Below, piece after piece: positions 1 to 7,803 of a stretch of 18,522 nt of DNA. The stretch's first letter is position 1. Every line of letters starts with the position of its first letter. The notes beneath the pieces were generated by a model, which was given only the letters and a program-made list of their open reading frames with translations, searched no databases and was not told the DNA's origin. Made by a program: the position numbers and the translations under genes. Origin of the DNA: Candidatus Krumholzibacteriia bacterium (lineage in GTDB: Bacteria > Krumholzibacteriota > Krumholzibacteriia > LZORAL124-64-63); contig JAZBOO010000208.1 of NCBI GenBank assembly GCA_036351155.1, forward strand, positions 1-18,522, in the 5' to 3' direction.

Positions 1-22
1 CGCGTCGGCGTCCTGTCCGGGA

Positions 23-2476
23 TCAGGTCCGGACCGGCTCGTTGGGCTCGTTGCGGAAGGAGAGCTTGCCGCCGTCCAGGTCGATGACCAGGCGGCCGCC
101 GCTGAGGATCTCGCCCCGCAGCAGCTTCTCGCTCAGCGGGTCCTCGACGTGCTTCTGGATCGCCCGGCGCAGGGGGCGCGCCCCCATCTTGGGGTCGTAA
201 CCCACCTCGCACAGGAAGTCCTTGCAGTCCTCGGTGAACTCGAAGGCGATCTCCAGGTTGCTCAGGCGCCCGCTGACGTCCTCCAGCAGGATGTCCACGA
301 TGCGCTTGATGTCCTTGCGGCTCAACGCGTTGAACGTGATGATCTCGTCGATGCGGTTGAGGAACTCGGGGCTGAACGTCTTGCGCAGGTCCGAGTCGAT
401 GTTGGCCTGGACCCGCTGGTCGTTGTGGTCCTGGTCGTCCGAACCGAAGCCCACCCCGCGGACCTCGTGGGTCTTGCGGCTGCCCACGTTGCTGGTCATG
501 ATCAGCACCGCGTTGCGGAAGTCCACCGTGCGTCCGAAGCTGTCGGTCAGCACGCCGTCGTCCAGCACCTGCAGCAGGATGTTGTAGACGTCCGGGTGGG
601 CCTTCTCGATCTCGTCCAGCAGGATGACCGAGTAGGGCTTGCGCCGCACCTTCTCGGTGAGCATGCCCCCCTCATCGTAGCCGACATAACCCGGAGGAGC
701 ACCCACCAGGCGGCTGACGCTGTGCTTCTCCATGTATTCAGACATGTCCACCCGGATCAGGGCAGACTGGTCGCCGAACAGGAACTCGGTGAGCCGACGG
801 GCCACCTCGGTCTTGCCGACCCCGCTGGGGCCCAGGAAAACGAAGGAACCGATGGGCCGCCGCGGATCGCGCAGCCCGGCGCGATTGCGTCGAATGGCCT
901 TGGACACGGCCGTCAGAGCCTCGTCCTGGCCGATGACCCACTTGTTCAGTTCCTGCTCCATGCGCAGGAGTTTTTCGGTCTCTTCCTCTTCCACCTCGGA
1001 CACGGGAATACCGGTGATGTCGGCAATGACCCTGCAGACCAGCTTCTCGTCCACGGTCGCGTGGGGATCGGCCTTCTCGCTGCTCCAGTCCTTCTTCAGA
1101 TCCTGCAACTGCTTCTTGAGAGACTTTTCCTCATCACGGAACGAGGCGGCCTTCTCGAATTCCTGGGCCTGAATGGCCGATTCCTTCTCGGTGATCACTT
1201 CCTCGATGCGCTTTTCCATATCCCGGAGGTCCGGCGGGACCACCGACATGCTCAGGCGGGCACGGCTGCCGGCCTCGTCGATGATGTCGATGGCCTTGTC
1301 CGGCAGGGCACGACCGCTGATGTAGCGGTTGGACAGGTACACGGCGGATTTCACCGCATCATCGTCGAAGGTCACCCGGTGGTGCGCTTCATACTTGTCC
1401 TTGAGACCGAACAGGATTTCGACGGTTTCTTCCTCGGAAGGCGGATTCACCGTCACCGGCTGGAAGCGGCGCTCGAGGGCCCCATCCTTCTCGATGAACT
1501 TGCGGTACTCGTCCATGGTGGTGGCGCCCACGCACTGGATCTCGCCGCGGCTCAGGGCAGGCTTCAGCATGTTCGAAGCGTCGATGGCACCCTCGGCTCC
1601 ACCCGCCCCGACAATGGTGTGCAACTCGTCGATGAAAAGAATCACATCGGGATTTTCCCGGATCTCGGCCATGATCTGCTTGAGGCGTTCCTCGAACTGG
1701 CCCCGGTACTTGGTGCCGGCCACCACGCTGGCCAGGTCCAGGGTCACGATTTCCTTGTCGCGCAGCAAGGCGGGCACATTGCCCTCGACGATCTTGCTGG
1801 CAAAGCCCTCGACAATGGCGGTCTTGCCCACACCGGGCTCGCCGATCAGGACGGGATTGTTCTTCTTGCGCCGGCTGAGAATCTGGATGCAGCGGTCGAT
1901 TTCCTTGGTGCGTCCGATAGTCGGATCGAGCTTACCCTCACGGGCCATGTCGGTCATGTTGCGCCCGAATTGCTCCAGCACGGAGTTTTCCTTCTTCTCC
2001 TTGCGCTGCTTGCGGCCGGGAGTGCGCGCCCCCTCGGCGTTGCCGCCCAGCTCCTTCATGACCTCACGCTTGACGCGCTCGTGGTCGGTGCCCAGTTCGA
2101 CCAGAACCCGTGCCGCCACGCCCTCGCCTTCACGGATCAGGGCCAGCAGGAGGTGCTCGGTGCCCACGTAGTTGTGGTTGTGCAGGCGGGCCTCATCGAT
2201 GGATAGTTCCAGCACCTTCTTGGCCCGCGGCGTGAACGGGATCTCGCCGATGCTCACCGGTCCCATGGGCGCGGTCACGGAGTCCTCGACAGCCTTCTGG
2301 ATCCGGTCGAACTCGATGTTCAACCGCCGCAGGACATTGGCGGCCACACCTTCACCCTCGCGGATGATCCCCAGCAGCAGATGCTCGGTGCCGATGTAGT
2401 CATGTTGCAGACGTCCGGCCTCGTCGCGGGCCAGAAACAGGACTTTGCGAACTCGTTGGGTAAATCGATCGTTCAT
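23..2476 (-). CDS. clpC: ATP-dependent Clp protease ATP-binding subunit ClpC (817 aa)
   Basis: Double Clp-N repeat (FTQRVRKVL...[17 protein letters not shown]...VGTEHLLL); AAA1 Walker A GEPGVGKT, Walker B LFIDE, KYRG pore loop; short UVR-type M-domain ([15 protein letters not shown]); AAA2 [16 protein letters not shown] pore loop; ClpP-docking VGF loop; lies downstream of mcsA-mcsB. Confidence 0.96.
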   Translation of the reverse strand: MNDRFTQRVRKVLFLARDEAGRLQHDYIGTEHLLLGIIREGEGVAANVLRRLNIEFDRIQKAVEDSVTAPMGPVSIGEIPFTPRAKKVLELSIDEARLHNHNYVGTEHLLLALIREGEGVAARVLVELGTDHERVKREVMKELGGNAEGARTPGRKQRKEKKENSVLEQFGRNMTDMAREGKLDPTIGRTKEIDRCIQILSRRKKNNPVLIGEPGVGKTAIVEGFASKIVEGNVPALLRDKEIVTLDLASVVAGTKYRGQFEERLKQIMAEIRENPDVILFIDELHTIVGAGGAEGAIDASNMLKPALSRGEIQCVGATTMDEYRKFIEKDGALERRFQPVTVNPPSEEETVEILFGLKDKYEAHHRVTFDDDAVKSAVYLSNRYISGRALPDKAIDIIDEAGSRARLSMSVVPPDLRDMEKRIEEVITEKESAIQAQEFEKAASFRDEEKSLKKQLQDLKKDWSSEKADPHATVDEKLVCRVIADITGIPVSEVEEEETEKLLRMEQELNKWVIGQDEALTAVSKAIRRNRAGLRDPRRPIGSFVFLGPSGVGKTEVARRLTEFLFGDQSALIRVDMSEYMEKHSVSRLVGAPPGYVGYDEGGMLTEKVRRKPYSVILLDEIEKAHPDVYNILLQVLDDGVLTDSFGRTVDFRNAVLIMTSNVGSRKTHEVRGVGFGSDDQDHNDQRVQANIDSDLRKTFSPEFLNRIDEIITFNALSRKDIKRIVDILLEDVSGRLSNLEIAFEFTEDCKDFLCEVGYDPKMGARPLRRAIQKHVEDPLSEKLLRGEILSGGRLVIDLDGGKLSFRNEPNEPVRT

Positions 2477-2485
2477 GCGAAGGCG

Positions 2486-2490
2486 CCTCC
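2486..2490 (-). promoter_or_regulatory. Shine-Dalgarno sequence for clpC
   Basis: GGAGG on the minus strand, 9 nt upstream of the clpC ATG (2476). Confidence 0.75.
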
Positions 2491-2661
2491 GTTGCGGTCT
2501 TCAGTGCGTCGAAACTCATGTTCCTCAAAGCAAAATATACTGGAGGGCGTCAACAGGCGCTACTGCGGGTCATCTGGGGACAACCCGCCAGCGACACCCG
2601 GACCCCGGCTGTGGGAGTGGTCTGTCTGTATATCGCCAGGGTCAGGAAAAACTTGACCGAA

Positions 2662-2681
2662 GAACCCCCGGTCGAGGGTTC
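2662..2681 (-). other. Short stem-loop overlapping the mcsB stop codon (possible weak terminator or RNA-processing stem)
   Basis: Minus strand GAACCCTC-GACC-GGGGGTTC forms an 8-bp stem with one G-U pair; it is followed by TTCGGTCAAGTTTTT, so there is no immediate long U-tract. Confidence 0.3.
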
Positions 2682-3738
2682 AGTCACCGGACCCACCGAG
2701 ACACTGACGCAAGAATGAAGCCCGCGCGCGCGCCTGTGAGCTCCCCTTGAGGGATTCTCCACAGGAAACCTGCAAATGCCCGGTTAACTGCCCAAAAAGC
2801 AGTCTATTCAGGAAAACGGTGTCGTGCTGAGGGAGAATACCCAGCCCGACACCCAGCCGGACGTGGGACAGGCGGTCAAAGGTTTCCTGGGCGGTGATCA
2901 ACCTTGCCGCCCCCAGGATGGCGTAACTGCGGTGAACGAGGTCCTCGAGCCAGTGCTTGTCCCGGGCGTGCAGTTGCTCTCGGGCCGACTGTTCATGAGC
3001 AATGACCCGGCCCAGGTGGTACTTGAAATCGTTGGTGATCTCGTCCTCGTCCCGGCCCAGCGTGATGGTGCTGGTCACCTGGAACAGACTCCCCCGCACA
3101 GTCTGATGGGTGCCGAACAGCCCCCGGACACGAAGCCCCAGCTGCTGCAGGGCATTGATGATCTTGTCGATTTCCTCGGCCAGCACCAGACCCGGCAGGT
3201 GCACCATGGCGGCCAAGTGAAGCCCCGTCCCCACGCTGTTCACAAAAGTTGTGAGATACCCCAGGTCCTCCTGGTAAGCGAAGAACAGCTTCTGCTCCAG
3301 GTCACTTTCCCGCGCCATGACCGCCGCGGTGGCCTTCTCGGGGGCAAATCCACTTTGCAGGTTCACGACCTGCAGATGGTTCTGGTCCAGGACGCGCAGG
3401 ATCTGGCTCCCGTCCTCATTCATGGCCACGGCAGCAGATGGGACATCGGAATGAACCCAGGAGCCGATGACCTGCCGTTCTTGCAGGAACTTCCGGGCCG
3501 GCTTGGCCAGGTCGGCCAATGTGATCCAGCGGGCCTCAGGTCCATCAACTTTTTCCCTGATTTCCGCCAGAACCGTGGCACATTCCGCATCCTTGGCGTG
3601 CGGGAAGAAGTGAAACCCCGCCAGATTCCGGTGGAGATGCGCGGAAACACCCAGGACGATCAGGCCGGCCGGGCCTTCGTCCTGGAGCCAGCGGGGAAGC
3701 GGAGCTTCCCCTTTCGGGAAAAGATCAGGAGTTTCCAT
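2680..3738 (-). CDS. mcsB: McsB-family (ATP:guanido phosphotransferase fold) protein, probably a catalytically inactive pseudokinase (352 aa)
   Basis: Colinear with McsB over its full length (W..EGP...IVL, GYLT....VGTGL, VHLPGLVL, LGLRVRG, FQV...ITLG, E.SARE, LED.V.RSY, VRLG..LG); sits between mcsA and clpC. Catalytic motifs are degenerate (see findings). Confidence 0.9.
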   Translation of the reverse strand: METPDLFPKGEAPLPRWLQDEGPAGLIVLGVSAHLHRNLAGFHFFPHAKDAECATVLAEIREKVDGPEARWITLADLAKPARKFLQERQVIGSWVHSDVPSAAVAMNEDGSQILRVLDQNHLQVVNLQSGFAPEKATAAVMARESDLEQKLFFAYQEDLGYLTTFVNSVGTGLHLAAMVHLPGLVLAEEIDKIINALQQLGLRVRGLFGTHQTVRGSLFQVTSTITLGRDEDEITNDFKYHLGRVIAHEQSAREQLHARDKHWLEDLVHRSYAILGAARLITAQETFDRLSHVRLGVGLGILPQHDTVFLNRLLFGQLTGHLQVSCGESLKGSSQARARASFLRQCLGGSGD

Positions 3739-4312
3739 GCGAGTCCCTGTCCTGCCGCTCCTGCAGTATTTTCAGGTGGTCACGCAACCTGGCCGCCTCC
3801 TCGTATTCTTCAGCGGCCACGGCCTTGGTCAGGGCAATACGGGCCCGGGTCAGCTCCGCCGCGGTGTTGGGTCCCTGAGGATTGGTCCGGGGAACCTTGC
3901 CCAGGTGGATGGTTTGCCCGTGAAGCCGGGACAAGATGGGGCGTAGATTGGCCGCGAAAGCCCGGTAACAGCCGGGGCAGCCCAGCCGTCCGCCTTCGAA
4001 GAACTCGGCCAGCTTGAATCCGCAGGCCGGACAAATATCGACACCCTGGGGGTCGAGGTTCTGGTGCTGGGAGGCCTCCTGGCGTAGAAATTCTCCCAGC
4101 GGGTCGGGAGCTGAATCCGCCGGGGTCCTGTCCGGGGCCGGTGAGGGAAAAGTGGGGCCAAAAAAATCACCGTCGCCATCGTCATGAGGGCGGCGAGCGG
4201 CCTGCTTTTCCTTGGCGCACTGGGAACAGAGCCAGCGATTCACCACCTGGCCATCCTGGATCTCGGTCAGGTGGATCAGGGCCTCACGCTGGCCGCAATT
4301 CTGGCAATCCAT
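3725..4312 (-). CDS. mcsA: McsA, zinc-finger/UVR-domain activator of McsB (195 aa)
   Basis: Four CxxC motifs (CQNC, CSQC, CPAC, CPGC), the GRLGC..CY..F and H.GKVP signatures, and a C-terminal UVR motif AVAAEEYEEAARLRD. Overlaps mcsB by 14 nt; its ATG overlaps the lolD TGA. Confidence 0.92.
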   Translation of the reverse strand: MDCQNCGQREALIHLTEIQDGQVVNRWLCSQCAKEKQAARRPHDDGDGDFFGPTFPSPAPDRTPADSAPDPLGEFLRQEASQHQNLDPQGVDICPACGFKLAEFFEGGRLGCPGCYRAFAANLRPILSRLHGQTIHLGKVPRTNPQGPNTAAELTRARIALTKAVAAEEYEEAARLRDHLKILQERQDRDSHGNS

Positions 4313-5010
4313 CAGATATTATCCCGATCTTCTTCAAAGGGCCTCAGTTGCCCGCAATCCAGCCGGAGTGTCCGGTCCGCGCGGCGGGCCAGTCCAGGGT
4401 CGTGCGTCACGATAACCAAACTGGTGCTTTCCCGCTGGCGAATGGAAAAAAGAAGATCTCCCAGTCGGGCCCCGATTTCCTGATCCAGGTTCCCGAAAGG
4501 TTCATCGGCCAGCACGATGGCCGGCTTGTTCATGAAAGCCCGGGCCACGGCCACCCGTTGCTGCTCCCCGCCCGAGAGTTCGCCGGGCAGGTGACCGCTG
4601 CGGTCGGCCAGGCCCATCACGTCCAGAAAATGGTGGGCGCGTTCCTCGTCCTCGGCGGTGACCTGGCGCTGGGCACGGACGGGAATCAAGAGATTTTCCC
4701 GGGCGGTGAAATCGGGGAGCAAGAAATGGAACTGGAATACGAACCCCACACCAGACGTGCGCCAGCGCTGCATCGCGCCATGGTCTCCGTACCGGAGGGG
4801 TTGTTCCCGAAAGGTCACCTGCCCGCGGCTGGGGGTGTCCAGCCCCCCGAGGATATTCAGCAGTGTGCTCTTGCCCGAACCGCTGGAGCCCACCACCGCC
4901 ACCGCCTCCCCCTCGGCCAGATGGAAGTCGCAGTCATGCAGCACGACCACATCGCCCTCGGTACGGGGAAAGATCTTGGCCACGCCCTGGGCTGACAGAA
5001 AAGAGCTCAT
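4312..5010 (-). CDS. lolD: Lipoprotein-releasing ABC transporter ATP-binding protein LolD (232 aa; true start ATG at 5010, not 5436)
   Basis: Walker [20 protein letters not shown], signature [14 protein letters not shown], Walker B/D-loop [12 protein letters not shown]-loop VTHD. The ATG overlaps the stop of the upstream permease (ATGA, 5007-5010). Confidence 0.88.
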   Translation of the reverse strand: MSSFLSAQGVAKIFPRTEGDVVVLHDCDFHLAEGEAVAVVGSSGSGKSTLLNILGGLDTPSRGQVTFREQPLRYGDHGAMQRWRTSGVGFVFQFHFLLPDFTARENLLIPVRAQRQVTAEDEERAHHFLDVMGLADRSGHLPGELSGGEQQRVAVARAFMNKPAIVLADEPFGNLDQEIGARLGDLLFSIRQRESTSLVIVTHDPGLARRADRTLRLDCGQLRPFEEDRDNI

Positions 5011-6251
5011 GTGTACCTGATGATATCCATGGGTTTGAGGTTGGAGGCTTCCCAGGCCGGCCACAGGGCCGCCACCAGGGCAATGCCGAAGGTCATGCCT
5101 GTCACCAGCAGAAAGTCGGTCCACTGGGCCAGGACGGGGACCGACTCGACAAAGTAGACATCGCCCGGCAGGGAGATGCCGTAGAAGTGCAGGAAGGCGA
5201 TGCCCCCCAGGCCCAGCAACGTCCCCAGGGCCACGCCCACGGATCCAAGTTGAAGGCCATTGAGCACGAACACACCCATGATCTGCCGCCGCGGCGTCCC
5301 CATGGCCAGGAGGATGCCAATCTCTCGTCGTCGCTCGCCCACCATCATGGTCAGGATGCCGATGATGTTGAAGCCGGCGATCAGGATGATCATCCCCAGC
5401 AGGACCACCATGATCACCTTTTCCATCTGGATCCACTGGAAGAGGTTCTGGTTCAGGGTCATCCAGTCGGTGGCGTAATATTCGCGCCCCAGCAGCGTGT
5501 CCAGCCGGTCGGAGACGAATCCGGCCCGCATCAGGTCGGTGACCTTGACCCCCACCAGCGAGGCGCCGTTTTCCCCGTAACCCAGAAACTCCCGCGCGGC
5601 ATCGATGTGGATGTAAACGAAGCGGCTGTCGAACTCGTACATCCCCGTCTCGAAGAAACCGGCCACCAGGAAGGGGCGGCTTTCGGCCTTGATGTTGTCC
5701 AGTTCCAGCTCGCCACTGGGAGCAGTCAGGATCACCGTGTCCCCGATGGCCACGTACAGGTTGTTGGCCAGATCGGCGCCGATGATGGTGTGGGGCGTTT
5801 CACCGGTGTCCAGTTCATCGAGAACACCCGGGCCGGGCAGGAGGTATTTTTCCAGGGGTTGAACCGACTCCACCAGGTCAGGGGCGATGCCCCAGATGAC
5901 CACACCCTTGGGACGGGGCGGGCCGTACTTCCGGCTGGCCGTCAGGATGGCTTCCTGTCGCACGAAGGGAGCCACGCCGGCCACTTCCTCATCGCCGCCG
6001 ATGGCATCCAGGGTCGCCCCCAGATCGGTGAAACCCTCGGCCCGGCTGGTGATGACCGAGATCATGGGCATGTTCTCCACGAAGGTCCGGCGCATCTCGG
6101 TGTGGAACCCGTTCATCACCGCCAGGGTGATGTTCAGAACCGCCACCCCGATGGTGATCCCGGCAATGGCGGTGACACTGCCACGGCTCAGAAAACGGCT
6201 GTGACGCCGGCTGCGCAGGTAGCGGCGCGCGATGTAGCGGGCAAAATCCAC
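5007..6251 (-). CDS. LolC/E-family lipoprotein-releasing ABC transporter permease (414 aa)
   Basis: N-terminal IARRYLRS, TM1 followed by AVMNGF, periplasmic domain with F.TGMYEFDS, then DW...NQNLF...MEK, AGFNII..L.MMV.ERRREIGIL.AMG and further TM helices, ending in A..LKP...IRY. Directly upstream of lolD. Confidence 0.9.
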   Translation of the reverse strand: MDFARYIARRYLRSRRHSRFLSRGSVTAIAGITIGVAVLNITLAVMNGFHTEMRRTFVENMPMISVITSRAEGFTDLGATLDAIGGDEEVAGVAPFVRQEAILTASRKYGPPRPKGVVIWGIAPDLVESVQPLEKYLLPGPGVLDELDTGETPHTIIGADLANNLYVAIGDTVILTAPSGELELDNIKAESRPFLVAGFFETGMYEFDSRFVYIHIDAAREFLGYGENGASLVGVKVTDLMRAGFVSDRLDTLLGREYYATDWMTLNQNLFQWIQMEKVIMVVLLGMIILIAGFNIIGILTMMVGERRREIGILLAMGTPRRQIMGVFVLNGLQLGSVGVALGTLLGLGGIAFLHFYGISLPGDVYFVESVPVLAQWTDFLLVTGMTFGIALVAALWPAWEASNLKPMDIIRYT

Positions 6252-6268
6252 GGATCCCCAGTTCCTGG

Positions 6269-7762
6269 TTAATCGGCCTCGGGCCGCATGTGCGGGAACA
6301 GCAGCACGTCGCGAATATTGTTGCTGTCGGTCAACAGCATGATCAGACGATCGATGCCCATGCCCATGCCCCCGGTGGGCGGCATGCCGGCTTCCATGGC
6401 CTGCAAAAAATCCTCGTCGATGGGCTGGGCCTCGTCATCACCGGCATCCATCAGGGCCTTCTGGGCCACGAACCGGGCCCGCTGCTCCCGCGGATCGTTC
6501 AGCTCGCTGAAGCTGTTGGCCAGCTCGAAGCCGGCCACGAACAGCTCGAACCGTTCGACCAGGCCTTCATCTTCCCGGTGCGCCTTCGCCAGCGGGGACA
6601 GCTCCTTGGGATGGTCCATGACGAAGGTGGGCTGAATGAGTTCGGGCTCCACCAGTTCACTGAACAGCTCGTCGAGGATCTTGTCCCGCCCCATGCCCTT
6701 CTTCAGGATCACCCCGTGCTTCTTCGCCACCTCGGCCACCGCGGCATCGTCCAGCTTCATCAGGTCCTGGCCCGTTTTCTCGGCCAGGGCGTCCATGAAA
6801 CGCACACGCCCGAAGGGCTGGGTGAAATCCATCTCCAGCTCGCCGTAGGTCAGCTTGCCGTCCTGGCCAAACTTTTCGGCCAGGCGCTGGATCAGGGCCT
6901 CGGTCAGGTTCATCATGTCCTGGTAGTCCCAGTAGGCGGCGTAGCACTCCAGCATGGTGAACTCGGGATTGTGGGTCCGGTCCATGCCCTCGTTGCGGAA
7001 ATCCTTGGCGATCTCGTACACCTTTTCCAGGCCGCCGACGATCAGGCGCTTCAGGTACAGCTCATCGGCGATGCGCATGTACAGCGTCATGTCCAGGGCG
7101 TTGTGGTGCGTGGTGAAAGGCCTCGCGGTGGCCCCTCCGTAAAGGGGCTGCAGCACCGGAGTCTCCACCTCGAGATATTCCTGATCCGCAAAGAACGCCC
7201 GAATCTCGCTGATGATGGCACTGCGCTTCTTGAAGCGTTCACGGCTTTCCAGGTTCATGGCCAGGTCCAGGTGCCGGCGGCGGCTCTTGTTCTCCAGGCT
7301 CATGTCATGGTACTTCTCGGGCAACGGCCGTATGGCCTTGGCCAGGAAGGTGAAGTTTTCCACGTGGATGGAGAGCTCGTCGGTCCGGGTGCGGAACAGC
7401 TTGCCCTCGACCCCCACCCAGTCGCCGATGTCCACCAGCTTGCGGATCATGTTGAAGCGCTCTTCTCCCAGGTCATCCTTCTTGAAGTAGGCCTGGATGC
7501 GGCCCCACTCGTCCTGGATGGGCACGAACATGGTCTTGCCCGCGCCCCGCTTGGCCATGATGCGTCCGGGGAACCGGACCACCGTGCCCGCCTCGGTCAA
7601 GGCCGCTTCTTCTGCGCGCAACTCATCGCTGGTGTGGCTACGGGGATAGCTGTAGGGATACAGGGGAACCTGCTGTTCCAGCTCCGCCATTTTTTCCAGC
7701 CGCTGCTCGATGAGACGGTGCGGGCTTTCCTCGGCCTGGGAATTGGTGTCCTGGTTGCTCAC
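6269..7762 (-). CDS. lysS: Lysine--tRNA ligase, class II (about 497 aa; probable GTG start at 7762)
   Basis: OB-fold anticodon-binding domain (DIGDWVGVEG..F.T.T.ELS), EVETPVLQ..YGGATARPFTTHHNALD, LYMRIADELYLKRLIVGG, motif 2 FRNEGMDRTHNPEFT, motif 3 GMPPTGGMGMGIDRL. GGAG lies 7 nt upstream of GTG 7762. Confidence 0.97.
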   Translation of the reverse strand: MSNQDTNSQAEESPHRLIEQRLEKMAELEQQVPLYPYSYPRSHTSDELRAEEAALTEAGTVVRFPGRIMAKRGAGKTMFVPIQDEWGRIQAYFKKDDLGEERFNMIRKLVDIGDWVGVEGKLFRTRTDELSIHVENFTFLAKAIRPLPEKYHDMSLENKSRRRHLDLAMNLESRERFKKRSAIISEIRAFFADQEYLEVETPVLQPLYGGATARPFTTHHNALDMTLYMRIADELYLKRLIVGGLEKVYEIAKDFRNEGMDRTHNPEFTMLECYAAYWDYQDMMNLTEALIQRLAEKFGQDGKLTYGELEMDFTQPFGRVRFMDALAEKTGQDLMKLDDAAVAEVAKKHGVILKKGMGRDKILDELFSELVEPELIQPTFVMDHPKELSPLAKAHREDEGLVERFELFVAGFELANSFSELNDPREQRARFVAQKALMDAGDDEAQPIDEDFLQAMEAGMPPTGGMGMGIDRLIMLLTDSNNIRDVLLFPHMRPEAD

Positions 7763-7803
7763 GTGTACTCTCCGCATTGGCGACAGGGTCGCGTTGAAAA
7801 AGG

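Noticed and set aside
2534..2553. TTGACG...TATATT on the minus strand as a sigma70 promoter for clpC
   Set aside because: The spacer is only 8 nt, far from the required 16-18 nt.
2721..2734. (CG)n dinucleotide run
   Set aside because: It is short, simply encodes Ala-Arg repeats in mcsB, and is expected at this GC content.
3412..3423. MNED (aa 106-109) in McsB as the catalytic NEED motif
   Set aside because: By spacing to the conserved His (H121) it aligns with the upstream LSENEE turn of B. subtilis McsB. The true NEEDH position reads LDQNH.
5011..5436. 142-aa N-terminal extension of LolD in the ORF track
   Set aside because: It lies in an alternative frame of the permease gene and is Gly/Arg/Pro/His-rich. 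The ATG at 5010 overlapping the permease stop gives a normal-length LolD.
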